Source: an uncultured Chroococcidiopsis sp. (lineage in GTDB: Bacteria; Cyanobacteriota; Cyanobacteriia; Cyanobacteriales; Chroococcidiopsidaceae). From it: 64,000 bases of DNA. Position numbers and translations under genes: made by a program. This document shows, one piece after another, positions 20,893 through 32,272 of the stretch (the stretch's first letter is position 1; every line of letters starts with the position of its first letter). Location of the stretch: NCBI GenBank assembly GCA_964248365.1, contig CAXTYC010000006.1, forward strand, positions 107,014 through 171,013. Direction: 5' to 3'. The notes beneath the pieces were generated by a model. That model was given only the letters and a program-made list of their open reading frames with translations. It did no database searches and was not told the origin of the DNA.

Positions 20893-21213
20893 TCAGTCTT
20901 CTTCTTTGCTTTCGGCATTGTTATTGGGGGAAGCTTCGTAAAGAGCATCCAATTGAGCGCGAGCATCTTCGACGTTGATTGAACGCATGACTAACAGCGG
21001 ATCTCTGATCAAATTACCAGCGGTGTCTAATAACTCTGGATGTGGTACAGATTGATATGAGACATGGGGGTATTTAGCGAGTCTCTGCTGCGATCGCCCA
21101 GATGATGAAATCCGATTCTGCTCAAAACTAAACATCAATAGGTTGCGAATTAAGTTACTGACAGCTATCAACGCCAGGATGGTAAAAGCAAGAATGTAAA
21201 GTAGTTGTAACAT
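20893..21213 (-). CDS. DUF2973-family protein
   Basis: LLYILAFTILA...NLIRNL, PHPELLD...PLLVMRS. Confidence 0.75.
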   Translation of the reverse strand: MLQLLYILAFTILALIAVSNLIRNLLMFSFEQNRISSSGRSQQRLAKYPHVSYQSVPHPELLDTAGNLIRDPLLVMRSINVEDARAQLDALYEASPNNNAESKEED

Positions 21214-21392
21214 CGAGTAAGGCTCCAAACCAGCAATTTTAAAAATTTTTAGCGAGGAATTTCAGCTTTGCTCTGCCAAGCGCGATCGCCCTCAAGCATA
21301 GGGCAATTTTTTCACTACACAATCACTTATAAAAGCCTTTCACAAAACGAGTTAGCACTATTAGTGATTTTGACAGATTTTGTAGCGCGAAT

Positions 21393-21728
21393 CTATAACC
21401 CATATTCCTGCTGCTGCGTTTGCTCAAAGCGGAATCGGCTTGCTACTTTCCAACATTCTGTCACTAGCTGATGCCAAGGTGCTAACGTTGCCATGTCAAT
21501 ACCTACTTTTCCTCCTGTTGCTGCGAACATTAGCTGCGCTGTACTCACTTCTTGCTGAGCCTGCAAGACTCGCGCCAGCAACTCGGATTGCTTTTGATTG
21601 CCCAAGAACGAGATGTTCTCATTCTCCAACAAAGTGCGCGATCGCTCAAACCAATACTTAAAATCTTCCAGTAGGGGCTGTAATACTGCTTTGAGCAACT
21701 CAGGCTCTGGTAAATTTTGGTTAAGCAT
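21393..21728 (-). CDS. DUF2605-family protein
   Basis: LLKAVLQPLLEDFKYWFERS...PWHQLVTECW. Confidence 0.75.
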   Translation of the reverse strand: MLNQNLPEPELLKAVLQPLLEDFKYWFERSRTLLENENISFLGNQKQSELLARVLQAQQEVSTAQLMFAATGGKVGIDMATLAPWHQLVTECWKVASRFRFEQTQQQEYGL

Positions 21729-21990
21729 GAATAAAAAATAGATTATTAACCTAACACTAATATTAACCATTTTCAAGTTTCTTAACATTCTGTCAATAGA
21801 AGTATTAATGGGGGGCTAGAAGAAGGCAGGGGGGCAGGGGGTGCAGGGGGGAAATTACCTTTTACCCTTTACCCTTTCCCTTTACCCTTTCCCCTTTACC
21901 CTTTCCCTAGTCCCTAGCCCCTAAAATAGAAGCAGTGCTACCTGTGCGATCGCACGGTATCAAACAAACCGGTTCATAGTTTCGTAACCA

Positions 21991-23817
21991 ATGTCTAGTC
22001 AAGAATCCTCTGCTCAACCAGAACAGCCAACCAAAATGTATCTACCTCGTACCAGCGAATCAGAACAGTTGCAAAAGATTCGCCACACCGCTTCCCATGT
22101 GATGGCGATGGCGGTGCAGAAGTTGTTTCCCAAAGCACAAGTTACTATTGGTCCTTGGATTGAAAACGGATTCTACTATGACTTTGACAACCCAGAACCA
22201 TTTACAGAAAAGGATCTAAAAGCCATACTCAAAGAGATGGTAAAGATCATAAATCGCAAACTGCCTGTAATTCGGGAAGAAGTAAGCCGTGAGGAAGCCG
22301 AACGCCGAATTAAGCAGATTAATGAGCCTTACAAACTAGAAATTCTTGAAGGTATCGAAGAGCCGATTACGATTTACCACCTGGGCGATCAATGGTGGGA
22401 CTTGTGTGCAGGTCCTCATGTAGAAAATACCGCAGATTTGAACCCCAAGGCAATTGAAATAGAAAGTGTTGCGGGGGCTTATTGGCGTGGAGATGAAACC
22501 AAAGCTCAGTTGCAGCGGATTTATGCCACAGCTTGGGAAAGCCCAGAACAACTAGCAGAATACAAGCGCCGTAAAGAAGAAGCCCTGCGACGGGATCATC
22601 GCCGTTTGGGTAAGGAACTGGGACTATTTATTTTTAGCGACGAAGTGGGACCTGGTTTACCCTTATGGACACCCAAGGGAACAGTACTGCGAAGCATCCT
22701 AGAAGATTTCCTCAAGCAAGAACAACTCAAACGCGGTTATCTACCAGTAGTCACACCCCACATTGCCAGGGTAGATTTATTCAAAACCTCTGGACACTGG
22801 CAAAAATACAAAGAAGATATGTTTCCGCTGATGGCAGAGGATGAACAAGCAGCTACTCACGAACAGGGCTTTGTTCTCAAGCCAATGAACTGCCCTTTCC
22901 ACATTCAAATTTATAAAAGTGAGTTGCGTTCGTACAGAGAGCTACCTATCCGGCTGGCGGAATTTGGCACAGTTTACCGCTATGAGCAATCTGGAGAATT
23001 GGGCGGCTTAACCAGGGTGCGGGGATTTACGGTAGATGATTCCCACCTATTCGTTACTCCAGAACAACTTGATAGCGAATTCCTGAATGTGGTGGATTTG
23101 ATTTTGTCAGTTTTCAAGAGTCTGCAACTGAAGAATTTTAAAGCTAGGCTGAGTTTCCGCGATCCTGCTTCAGATAAGTATATCGGTTCAGATGAGGCGT
23201 GGGACAAAGCCCAAAGTGCAATCCGCCGCGCCGTCGAACAGCTAGGGATGGATCACTTTGAAGGCATTGGGGAAGCAGCGTTTTATGGTCCCAAATTAGA
23301 CTTTATTTTCCGAGATGCTCTAGATAGAGAGTGGCAATTAGGTACTGTGCAAGTAGATTACAACTTGCCGGAGCGATTTGATTTGGAGTATGTGGCAGAA
23401 GATGGTACGCGCAAACGTCCAGTAATGATTCACCGCGCTCCTTTTGGCTCCCTAGAAAGGTTAATTGGGATTTTAATTGAGGAGTATGCTGGAGATTTTC
23501 CCTTGTGGATGGCTCCAGAGCAAATTCGATTATTACCAGTTAGTCAGGAGCAATTGCCTTTTGCTAAAGAAGTAGCTGATAAAATGCGATCGCTTAATAT
23601 TCGCGTCCAAGCAGATACCAGTAATGAGCGCTTGGGTAAACTGATCCGCAATGCTGAAAAAGAAAAAATCCCCATTATGGCTGTAGTCGGGGCGAAAGAA
23701 GTAGAAACGGATAGCCTAAGTATTCGCACTCGTCATGGTGGAGATTTGGGAGTAATACCAGTAGCAGAGGTAATAGAGCGAATACAACGGGCAAATCTCA
23801 ACTTCGACAATTTCTAA
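21991..23817 (+). CDS. thrS: Threonine--tRNA ligase
   Basis: IRHTASHVMAMAV, DLCAGPH, KPMNCPFH, AAFYGPKLD, MIHRAPFGSLER. Confidence 0.98.
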   Translation: MSSQESSAQPEQPTKMYLPRTSESEQLQKIRHTASHVMAMAVQKLFPKAQVTIGPWIENGFYYDFDNPEPFTEKDLKAILKEMVKIINRKLPVIREEVSREEAERRIKQINEPYKLEILEGIEEPITIYHLGDQWWDLCAGPHVENTADLNPKAIEIESVAGAYWRGDETKAQLQRIYATAWESPEQLAEYKRRKEEALRRDHRRLGKELGLFIFSDEVGPGLPLWTPKGTVLRSILEDFLKQEQLKRGYLPVVTPHIARVDLFKTSGHWQKYKEDMFPLMAEDEQAATHEQGFVLKPMNCPFHIQIYKSELRSYRELPIRLAEFGTVYRYEQSGELGGLTRVRGFTVDDSHLFVTPEQLDSEFLNVVDLILSVFKSLQLKNFKARLSFRDPASDKYIGSDEAWDKAQSAIRRAVEQLGMDHFEGIGEAAFYGPKLDFIFRDALDREWQLGTVQVDYNLPERFDLEYVAEDGTRKRPVMIHRAPFGSLERLIGILIEEYAGDFPLWMAPEQIRLLPVSQEQLPFAKEVADKMRSLNIRVQADTSNERLGKLIRNAEKEKIPIMAVVGAKEVETDSLSIRTRHGGDLGVIPVAEVIERIQRANLNFDNF

Positions 23818-23875
23818 AATAATGGTGGGCATTGCCCACCCTACTGTATCACTCTAGCAGCAAAAGCCAAAACTG

Positions 23876-24373
23876 ATGACTAAGGTAAAGATTCGGGCTT
23901 TTGAAATAAAAGATTGGGAAGACGTGGCAGAGTTAATTTTAATGCCGAATTGTCGATGGGAAACTCTACAAATGCCCTATCAATCTCGTGATGTTCGGCA
24001 TAAATTAGAAAAATCACTGCCAGATTTACATAGGTTAGTAGCAGTTATTAATGATGAGCAAAAACAAAAAGTTGTCGGGATAATTAGTCTACATAACTTC
24101 AGTGGTCGTCGCACTCATGTAGGGCAATTAAGTATGTTTGTTCATGATGATTATCAGAATCAGGGTATTGGTTCTCAGCTAGTAGAAGCAGTAATTGACC
24201 TAGCTGAAAACTGGCTCAACTTGAAGCGTCTAGAATTGACAGTTAATACTGATAACAAGAGCGCTATCCATCTTTACGAAAAATCTGGTTTTGTCATTGA
24301 AGGAACTCTGCGAAAGAATGCTTTTCGTGCAGGTAGTTATATTGATGGGTATGCAATGGCAAGAGTCAAATAG
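23876..24373 (+). CDS. GNAT-family N-acetyltransferase (YhhY/AaaT-like)
   Basis: VHDDYQNQGIGSQL motif A; NKSAIHLYEKSGFVIEG. Confidence 0.88.
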   Translation: MTKVKIRAFEIKDWEDVAELILMPNCRWETLQMPYQSRDVRHKLEKSLPDLHRLVAVINDEQKQKVVGIISLHNFSGRRTHVGQLSMFVHDDYQNQGIGSQLVEAVIDLAENWLNLKRLELTVNTDNKSAIHLYEKSGFVIEGTLRKNAFRAGSYIDGYAMARVK

Positions 24374-24566
24374 AAATGCGATCACCCGTTGTGTATTTTG
24401 TGGTTTTATTGGTCTTTTAGAGTTATTACAGCCCAGATAGCCAGTTGCTAGAGAAATGGGATGGTTATCTGTATAAGTTAATAACCAACAGCTAGCTACC
24501 AAACATCCGTGAGCAATTAAGTAAGTAGTCAATAGTTCCATATTTACTTTAAATTCATTCTTCTCA

Positions 24567-24800
24567 TTACCAAGCAAGAGCGTAGTAATAAGAAAAAATA
24601 TAGTTAGTGTAATAACTCTGCTCGCTCCAAATCCGCATTTCAGCTTCAGAGCCAAGACTAGTATATTTATCAGTTTTTGGCTCGTGAGCTTGCCAAAATC
24701 TATTACCTTTGCGGTCTATTTTTTGCCATACTTGTAATTCGTTGCTACTAGTTAATACACGGAAAAAATGCAGCCAGATTGCTTTTACTGTAGCGTACAT
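24567..24800 (-). CDS. Small cyanobacterial hypothetical protein divergent from the GntR gene
   Basis: ELQVWQKIDRKG..W....SEAEMRIWSEQSYY motif; AGGA upstream on the minus strand. Confidence 0.55.
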   Translation of the reverse strand: MYATVKAIWLHFFRVLTSSNELQVWQKIDRKGNRFWQAHEPKTDKYTSLGSEAEMRIWSEQSYYTNYIFSYYYALAW

Positions 24801-25064
24801 AGGAATTTATCCTTTTGAATTGGGTAAGGGCATAGAGGTTTTACTTACTAAAAATAGATGGGAATTATCAACTTATTACCCTTACTGTCATTCGCTCAGT
24901 ATTCCTTTGAGAAGGTACAAATTAAATAATTTTAAATAGTACAGTATGACTTAATTGCACCTGTTATAGATAAACAAAGTGAAAGTGTACCAGGACAGAA
25001 ACGAATGAATCATTTATGATGACTGGATATAACCGGATTGTCATTCATTAAGAAGGACGAGGGC

Positions 25065-25394
25065 GTGAGAATTCCATTAGAGCGGCATTCATCTAAAGCT
25101 GTATACTTGCAGATACGCGATCGCATCCGTCGTCTGATCGAAACCGGAGCCTTGCAACCTGGAGACAAACTGCCCTCAATTCGCTCTCTAGCACAGAGTA
25201 CAAAAGTCAACAAATTAACTGTCATCGAAGCATATAATGTCCTCGAAGCTGATGGATTAATCGTTGCCCGTCAAGGTTCTGGGTATTTTGTCAATTTAGC
25301 CTCCACTTTTGATCGTCACTGTGCCTCAAATTTTGCTCCACCTCAAGATGTAATTGTCTCGGAACAACCACCTGCTTTACCTGTGCTTAATTGA
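25065..25394 (+). pseudogene. Truncated GntR/MocR-family regulator (wHTH only)
   Basis: VYLQIRDRI...LQPGDKLPSIRSLA...TVIEAYNVLEADGLIVARQGSGYFV, then a stop after a short linker, next to a tandem duplication. Confidence 0.6.
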
Positions 25395-25402
25395 TAATTA
25401 GC

Positions 25403-25493
25403 AAGAATATTGTCTGGTGGGTTAGTGACAACGTAACTGTAATTAACAAGGCGGTAATTGAGAAAGAATATTGTCTGGTGGGTTAGTGACAAC
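25403..25493. repeat. 61-bp period tandem duplication (30-bp identical core)
   Basis: AAGAATATTGTCTGGTGGGTTAGTGACAAC at 25403-25432 and 25464-25493. Confidence 0.9.
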
Positions 25494-25632
25494 ATAACGC
25501 ACCTTAACTAAAGTAAAAAATCTAAGCTTAGGCTTTCTCGATGGGAAATTGTAATTATGTTACGTATTTCTAGTAGATAATCTCCTGTAGGGTAAGAGTC
25601 AAAAGCTTTATTGATTAATTGAGTAACCGCAA

Positions 25633-26610
25633 ATGCCTGCTGTTTCTACCGTTACTGTTTCTGTTCCCGCTACTACTGCTAATTTGGGATCTGGTTTTGA
25701 TTGCATAGGTGCAGCTTTGACGCTGTACAACTGTTTCAAGTTTTCCTATCTTGAGGCTGGTTCTGCACCGCTTTCTATGCAAGTTAGGGGTTCAGAAGCT
25801 CACAAGGTTAAGACTGATGAAAGTAATTTGGTTTACCTGGCGTTTGTAAAATTTTATCAACATATTGGGCAGACTCCACCGCCTGTGCAAATTGAGATTG
25901 AGATGGATGTACCGTTAGCGCGGGGATTGGGGAGTTCGGCTACGGCGATTGTGGGCGGGTTGGTAGGTGCTAATCAGCTAGCGGGTGCGCCTTTGAGTCA
26001 GACTGAAGTGATGGAGTTGGCGATCGCTATGGAAGGACACCCAGATAATGTGGTTCCGGCGCTGTTGGGGGGATGTCGTTTGGCGGCGACGGATTTGATT
26101 AACGAACCGCAAAGACGCATAGAGCGCGAAGAAAAGGAAAGAGAGAATTTGGGGGGTTGGGTTATTTGTGATGTGCCTTGGAATCAGGGTGTAATACCCC
26201 TAGTGGCGATTCCTGATTTTGAGCTTTCGACGGCAGAAGCTAGGCGGGTGTTACCCACCCAGGTGAGTTGGGCGGATGCGATTTTTAATACGGCACATCT
26301 AGGGTTGTTGTTGCGGGGATTGGAAACGGGGCGGGGGGATTGGCTACGGGCGGCGTTGCAAGATCGGTTGCATCAGCCTTATCGTCAAGGGTTGATTCGG
26401 GGTTATCAAGCGGTGCGTTCGGCTGCTATGGCTGCGGGAGCTTTTGGGATGGTGATTAGTGGGGCGGGACCTACTTTGTTGGCTTTGGTTACGACGGAAC
26501 GGGGGGCAGATGTCGCAATGGCGATGGAGAAGGCTTGGCAGGAGGCGGGAGTAAAGGCTATTGTGCGATCGCTTGCCATTGATACCCAAGGAGCGCGTTT
26601 CGATCTATAA
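25633..26610 (+). CDS. thrB: Homoserine kinase
   Basis: [37 protein letters not shown]. Confidence 0.97.
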   Translation: MPAVSTVTVSVPATTANLGSGFDCIGAALTLYNCFKFSYLEAGSAPLSMQVRGSEAHKVKTDESNLVYLAFVKFYQHIGQTPPPVQIEIEMDVPLARGLGSSATAIVGGLVGANQLAGAPLSQTEVMELAIAMEGHPDNVVPALLGGCRLAATDLINEPQRRIEREEKERENLGGWVICDVPWNQGVIPLVAIPDFELSTAEARRVLPTQVSWADAIFNTAHLGLLLRGLETGRGDWLRAALQDRLHQPYRQGLIRGYQAVRSAAMAAGAFGMVISGAGPTLLALVTTERGADVAMAMEKAWQEAGVKAIVRSLAIDTQGARFDL

Positions 26611-26744
26611 AAAGGGATTCAACAAAACCCGAAAATCCCCAGGTGTGAAAGTTATGAAGGCATATTTCTAGGTAAACCTGTTTTGGATGACATCTTACCT
26701 TGACAACATAACTATTTGCCCTGGCGCTTTGTAGCATTGCTGTA

Positions 26745-27275
26745 ATGAATAGGTATAACTCAATGATGCAGCAAATCCAGGCAGAGATAGAGGCAATTCG
26801 CGCTCAAATTGAAGCTCTACAGCAGGAACGCGCTTCCCTTGATGTTGAAAATGTGGTATCGCCAGAAGATGACTCACCCAGGGCGATCGCACAGGCTTAT
26901 CGTCGTCAAGCCAGGGCTTCTGCACAAATAGCGGCTGAAGTCAAGGGAATAGATGATGCTATTTCAGCATTGACAGCTGGGCTAAATCAAAAACAAGCCC
27001 AATTAGCAGCCTTGCAGACGACATCGAAACAAAAGTCCATAGAACAGCAGGTAGAGGAAAGCAAACAACGGGCTAAAGTTCATGCTGATCGCATCAATGA
27101 ACTTGCTGCCCAACTAGCAACAGAAGTGCGTTGTCTCAAAGCAGCGGCTGATGAACTCAGCCCAAGTTATTGGCAAGTGTATTACAAACCCTTCATCACT
27201 GGATTTCAAACTATCTCCGTTCCTCACGTCCGTTCTGATGGGGAGGTGTGGACGATTGTAAATCGAGTAGTTTAA
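26745..27275 (+). CDS. Hypothetical coiled-coil protein
   Basis: 176-aa ORF with heptad-rich helices and an aromatic C-terminus. Confidence 0.7.
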   Translation: MNRYNSMMQQIQAEIEAIRAQIEALQQERASLDVENVVSPEDDSPRAIAQAYRRQARASAQIAAEVKGIDDAISALTAGLNQKQAQLAALQTTSKQKSIEQQVEESKQRAKVHADRINELAAQLATEVRCLKAAADELSPSYWQVYYKPFITGFQTISVPHVRSDGEVWTIVNRVV

Positions 27276-27562
27276 GTCAGGGACGAGGGGCTAGGGGCTA
27301 GGGGCTAGGAGAGGAGGGGGTGAGGGGGAGACAAGGAGAGGGGGTGACAACCTTCAGGGGGGAAAGAGGGGGTTTAAATACTTCCCCTTGTCGGGTTGTC
27401 GGGTTGTCGGGTTGTCCTTTTTCTAGCCTCTAGCCCCTTTGCTCTCCAGCATTTGTACTCATAATTGTGAAGATTTGATTTTTTCAGTAAAAATACCTTC
27501 TCAAAAGTTTACTTAACTTAATACAATAGGAAGTATAAGGTAGTAGGTATTTATTCTCAGTC

Positions 27563-29176
27563 ATGATTCCTCATCAAATTCCTTGGCTAAGCATTATCAT
27601 CCTGTTGCCACTATTGGCTTCCCTAGCTATACCCCTTATTCCAGACCAAAAGGGCAGAACTGTACGTTGGTATGCTCTAGGAGTTGGGCTAGTGGACTTG
27701 CTACTGATGGTATATGCCTTTTGGAGTAACTACAATTTACACTCCTCAACATACCAACTAGTTGAAAGCTATCCTTGGATACCTCAACTCGGATTGAATT
27801 GGTCATTGGCAGTTGATGGTCTGTCGATGCCTCTAGTTCTATTGACAGGCTTAATTACTACCCTGGCAATCTTGGCAGCATGGAATGTCACCAATAAGCC
27901 ACGCTTGTTTTATTTCCTGATGCTAGTAATGTACAGCGCCCAGATTGGCGTTTTTACAGCTCAGGATATGCTCTTGTTCTTCTTGATGTGGGAAATAGAG
28001 TTAGTGCCAGTGTACTTACTCATTGCCATCTGGGGAGGACAAAAGCGGCGCTATGCAGCCACTAAATTTATTCTTTATACAGCCGCCGCATCTATATTTA
28101 TTCTGGTAGCAGGCTTAGCGATGGCTTTCTACGGAGATACGGTTACATTTGACATGGCTACTTTGGCACAGAAGCATTACCCCAAAGCTTTTGCCAGTCT
28201 GGCTTATGTCGGTTTCTTGATTGCATTCGGTGTGAAATTGCCAATCTTCCCTCTACACACTTGGCTACCAGATGCCCATAGTGAGGCTTCTGCCCCTGTA
28301 TCAATGATTTTGGCTGGGGTGTTACTGAAAATGGGCGGTTATGCGCTCATTCGCATCAATATTGAAATGCTACCCAATGCTCATATATCCTTCGCGCCAG
28401 TTCTAGCAGTGTTGGGAGTTGTCAATATTATCTACGGTGCTTTCGCTGCGTTTGCTCAAGGTAATCTCAAACGGCGGTTGGCTTATTCTTCGATCGCACA
28501 CATGGGTTTTGTCCTAATCGGTATTGCCTCATTTACCGAACTAGGAATTGGCGGTGCAGTGCTGCAAATGATTTCTCACGGTTTGATTGCTGCTTGCCTA
28601 TTCTTCCTCTCTGGCGTGACTTACGAGCGCACCCATACCCTAATCATGGAAAAAATGGGCGGTATGGCTAAAGCTATGCCCAAGATATTTGCTCTGTTCA
28701 CTGCTGGATCGATGGCGAGTCTGGCTTTGCCTGGAATGAGCGGATTTGTAGGCGAATTGACGATATTTCTCGGTATTACCAGCAGTTATGCTTACAGTTC
28801 TATATTCAAGTGTGTAATCACCCTTCTAGCCGCTGTGGGCGTAATTCTGACTCCGATTTATTTACTCTCAATGCTGCGGGAAGTATTCTATGGAGTAGAG
28901 AATTCTGGACTTGTGATTGAGGAATATCTGGGAGATGCCAAGCCACGAGAAATGTTTATTGCCCTTTGCTTGTTACTTCCCATCATTGGTATTGGGTTGT
29001 ATCCCAAGTTAGCGACACAGACATACGATGTCAAGACAGTTGCCGTTGCAGCGCAGGTGCGTGATGTTCTATCAACCGTAGTCGCACAACAGCCGCGATC
29101 GCCTCAATACTCCGATGTGTTGCTAGCACCCCAGTTAGCGGTTACTCAAACTCGCACACTACTAGCATCTGAGTAA
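27563..29176 (+). CDS. ndhD: NAD(P)H-quinone oxidoreductase subunit 4 (NdhD1/D2 type)
   Basis: [44 protein letters not shown]. Confidence 0.95.
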   Translation: MIPHQIPWLSIIILLPLLASLAIPLIPDQKGRTVRWYALGVGLVDLLLMVYAFWSNYNLHSSTYQLVESYPWIPQLGLNWSLAVDGLSMPLVLLTGLITTLAILAAWNVTNKPRLFYFLMLVMYSAQIGVFTAQDMLLFFLMWEIELVPVYLLIAIWGGQKRRYAATKFILYTAAASIFILVAGLAMAFYGDTVTFDMATLAQKHYPKAFASLAYVGFLIAFGVKLPIFPLHTWLPDAHSEASAPVSMILAGVLLKMGGYALIRINIEMLPNAHISFAPVLAVLGVVNIIYGAFAAFAQGNLKRRLAYSSIAHMGFVLIGIASFTELGIGGAVLQMISHGLIAACLFFLSGVTYERTHTLIMEKMGGMAKAMPKIFALFTAGSMASLALPGMSGFVGELTIFLGITSSYAYSSIFKCVITLLAAVGVILTPIYLLSMLREVFYGVENSGLVIEEYLGDAKPREMFIALCLLLPIIGIGLYPKLATQTYDVKTVAVAAQVRDVLSTVVAQQPRSPQYSDVLLAPQLAVTQTRTLLASE

Positions 29177-29183
29177 AAGCATT

Positions 29184-29303
29184 TAGTTGTCATTAGTCAT
29201 TAGTCATTAGTCATTAGTCAAAAACAAAGGATAAAGGACAAAGGACATAGATGTGCAGCAGTTTGCTGCCAAGCAAAGGACAAAGGACAAAGGACAAAGG
29301 ACA
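29184..29303. repeat. STRR tracts (TTAGTCA)n and (CAAAGGA)n
   Basis: Tandem heptamers downstream of ndhD. Confidence 0.85.
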
Positions 29304-29946
29304 ACTAATGAAATGAAGTTCTTACGCTCATTCATATTTTTTCCCCATGTTGCCATAACATTCTCATCAGCTGCATATTATGCACAAGTGAAGACAGCTA
29401 ATACTCAATATGTATATTGCCGCTATCGAATATTGTTTCGGTGGCGGCAATGTATTAAAGTTGGTGCATTACTTTAGCGAGCGCGCTTTTAGCTTTTAGC
29501 TTTTAGCTTTGTAGCAACACTGACGCTTGGTTACAAAGATACCCATCTGCTAGAAACAAAGAATATCTACGCGCCAGCTAAATGTAGGATAAGCATTGCC
29601 TACCTTAATAAGTTAAGCAGAAAATTTTAACAGCATATAAATAGACGTTCAACGCGGAAGCTTCAAGCAACTAGGTTATAGTGAAGCGTCACAAACGCGC
29701 TGCCAGACAACAGTAGCAGCGAGTAGTTCATCCGATCAATTCTTTCTTGACAAACCGATACCAGTTTGTAGCCCAAAAATTTAAACTATGCCTAAAGCTT
29801 CCTTTCCAGCCGTTGCAGCAAGATAATTTTACGTGTACTTAAACATTTTTAACTGTATAGGTGAAATTTTCATATAGATAGTAGTAATCATATTTGCCCT
29901 ATGGTAAATATACTGATAATCCAACTAATTTGTTATTAAATAATAT

Positions 29947-30528
29947 ATGTCCGCACAAAGCTTCCGTCTTGTCAAGTCTGAAAATCCCTGGACTGATGGC
30001 TTAAAAACAATTGGAATTACCCTAGTGTTAGGATTTGGCATTCGGATAGCAGCGGCACAGTGTTACTTAATTCCCTCTGGCTCAATGAAGCCAACGCTAC
30101 AGATTAACGATCGCTTGATCGTAGATAAAATCAGCTATCACATCATCAACCCCCACAGAGGCGATATTTTAGTATTTACTCCACCAGAAAAAGTAGTTAA
30201 GGAAGAACATTCGCGTGATGCTTATGTCAAGCGAGTGATTGGGTTGCCAGGAGAGAAAGTAGAAATTAAACTTGGGCAGGTATATATTAACAATCAGCCT
30301 TTAGCAGAAACATATATTGCCGAACAGCCAGACTATACCTGGGGACCAAAAATTGTTCCTCCTAACTCCTATCTAGTTTTAGGAGACAATCGCAACTCTA
30401 GCTATGATAGCCATATTTGGGGCTTTGTCGAGCGCGATCGCATTATTGGCAAAGCTGTCGTTCGGTTCTGGCCTGTTGATCGCATAGGGAGTTTGGCTGT
30501 TGAAGAGGGGCGGTCGGCTGGGGGCTAG
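29947..30528 (+). CDS. lepB: Signal peptidase I
   Basis: IPSGSMKPTL, YVKRVIGLPG, LGDNRNSSYDSH. Confidence 0.95.
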   Translation: MSAQSFRLVKSENPWTDGLKTIGITLVLGFGIRIAAAQCYLIPSGSMKPTLQINDRLIVDKISYHIINPHRGDILVFTPPEKVVKEEHSRDAYVKRVIGLPGEKVEIKLGQVYINNQPLAETYIAEQPDYTWGPKIVPPNSYLVLGDNRNSSYDSHIWGFVERDRIIGKAVVRFWPVDRIGSLAVEEGRSAGG

Positions 30529-30616
30529 GGGTTAGGGAGAGAGTGGGGGAGGCAGGGGAACACTTTAGCAGGGGGGCAGGGAAGAATCATTAATTACGAA
30601 TTACGAATTCTTCAAG

Positions 30617-31192
30617 TTATTCTAGAAAGCAACGGCGCTGCAATGCTTGACGGCGTAAAGATTGATATTCTTTATCTTTGACTTTGTAAGCGCCAAAACG
30701 TTCTAGATGGGGGTTCATCATTTGAGCGTCAAACAAAACAAACGAGCGCTCACGCAATCTTTCTACTAACTTTACCATCGCCACTTTGGAACCTTCGCTG
30801 ATGCGGTAAAACATTGATTCGCCAATAAAAGCTCCCCCAATAACAATACCTAAAATTCCTCCCGCTAGCTCGTCACTCTGCCAAGTTTCAAAACTATAAG
30901 CCCAGCCTGACTGATATAGTTGCCAATAGATCTCTTGTAACTCTGATGAAATCCATGTAGTTTCTCGGTTAGCACATCCTGCAACTACGCCTTTGAAGTC
31001 ACGATTGACAGCAACAGTAAAACGCTGAGAGTTTAAAACCCGCCCTAGAGATTTAGGGTAACGAAATCTTTCATCTAATGGAATTAAAGTGCGATCGCGG
31101 CTAGAATACCAATCCAAGCGATCGCTTTCGTCAGCCATCAGGAAGTAACCCTGAGCGTACCCCTGAACGATCGCAGACACATCAAATTGCAT
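30617..31192 (-). CDS. aat: Leucyl/phenylalanyl-tRNA--protein transferase
   Basis: [38 protein letters not shown]. Confidence 0.93.
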   Translation of the reverse strand: MQFDVSAIVQGYAQGYFLMADESDRLDWYSSRDRTLIPLDERFRYPKSLGRVLNSQRFTVAVNRDFKGVVAGCANRETTWISSELQEIYWQLYQSGWAYSFETWQSDELAGGILGIVIGGAFIGESMFYRISEGSKVAMVKLVERLRERSFVLFDAQMMNPHLERFGAYKVKDKEYQSLRRQALQRRCFLE

Positions 31193-31288
31193 GAATCCTA
31201 TCAAATTAAGTTACACAAAAAATATAAAATATTAAAGATTAAACCTGTATTTCCCTAGCAAGAGCGCCCCTAGCCTCTAGCCCCTGCA

Positions 31289-31618
31289 ATGGCAGAACCA
31301 ATTCCACCCATTACATTGCCACCTGCTAAAGATCCTCCTCTTGAGGGTGAATGGTTGCAAGCCGCTTTGCAGCAGTGGCTAGATGCTGAATTTCTGCCCG
31401 AACCAGTAAATAGGCAGATAGCCCAACGCGCTGCCCAAATTTTTGTTAGGCAGCGGATGGAAGGGGAAAATGATCTAGGATCTCTGGTGATTGCACTTGT
31501 CACAGAGATGCAGGCATTTGATTTTTCTAAAAGTTTTTATGGCGAGTTTGCGATCGCCAATGCTGTCAGCGATCTCCTCCTTGACAGTTTGGGAATAGAT
31601 CGCTGCTGCGGTCAATGA
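31289..31618 (+). CDS. Conserved cyanobacterial hypothetical protein
   Basis: WLDAEFLPE...SFYGEFAIANAVSDLL. Confidence 0.75.
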   Translation: MAEPIPPITLPPAKDPPLEGEWLQAALQQWLDAEFLPEPVNRQIAQRAAQIFVRQRMEGENDLGSLVIALVTEMQAFDFSKSFYGEFAIANAVSDLLLDSLGIDRCCGQ

Positions 31619-31745
31619 GATGAAGGGGCGCTATAGCTAGAGGAACCAGAGGAACCAGAGGCTAGGGGTTGTTTTCTCCCCTTTTCCCACTCTCCCACTC
31701 TCCTGTCTCCTTTATACTTCGTACTTCACACTTCATCCTTTATAA

Positions 31746-32048
31746 TTACCAGCTTGATTTTACTACTCCTGGTAACAAACCTTGGTGCGCCCATTCTCTT
31801 AACACGTTACGAGACAGCCCAAAGTCTTTGTAAACTCCTCTTGGACGACCTGTTACCCAACAGCGGTTGTGTAGACGAGTGCGAGAACTGTTGCGGGGTA
31901 GCTGTTGGATTTGCCGATGAATCTCTAATTTTTCACGTTGAGAGCTAGCGTTCTCAAACTGTTCAATTAGTGCTTGCCGTTTTTCCGAATACTTTTCTAC
32001 CGTCTGTTGGCGCTTTTTCTCGCGCTCAATCATGCTCTTTTTTGCCAT
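31746..32048 (-). CDS. rpsN: 30S ribosomal protein S14
   Basis: [10 protein letters not shown]...[11 protein letters not shown]...LPGVVKSSW. Confidence 0.98.
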   Translation of the reverse strand: MAKKSMIEREKKRQQTVEKYSEKRQALIEQFENASSQREKLEIHRQIQQLPRNSSRTRLHNRCWVTGRPRGVYKDFGLSRNVLREWAHQGLLPGVVKSSW

Positions 32049-32272
32049 AAATAAATTCTGAACTTTACTTTCTGTATTAAAACACCATCTTCCATTGTAT
32101 CTAATATTTAGGCATATTTTAGAGTGGAATTAGCTAGCATCGTAACGGGTATCTTCGCACTCCCCAGATTTCACCTTTTACTAAGGTTACATCAGTTACT
32201 TTGGCGACGCGATCGCTCCTTGGTTTGGTGTAAGCGTTTGTTAGCTTGGTGCTGACAACATTCGGATCAGTA

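Noticed and set aside
25403..25493. 30-bp repeat / 31-bp spacer / repeat ending GACAAC as a mini-CRISPR
   Set aside because: Only two copies; similarity extends into the flanks (TAAC...TTAAC, TAATT), indicating tandem duplication; no cas genes in the window.
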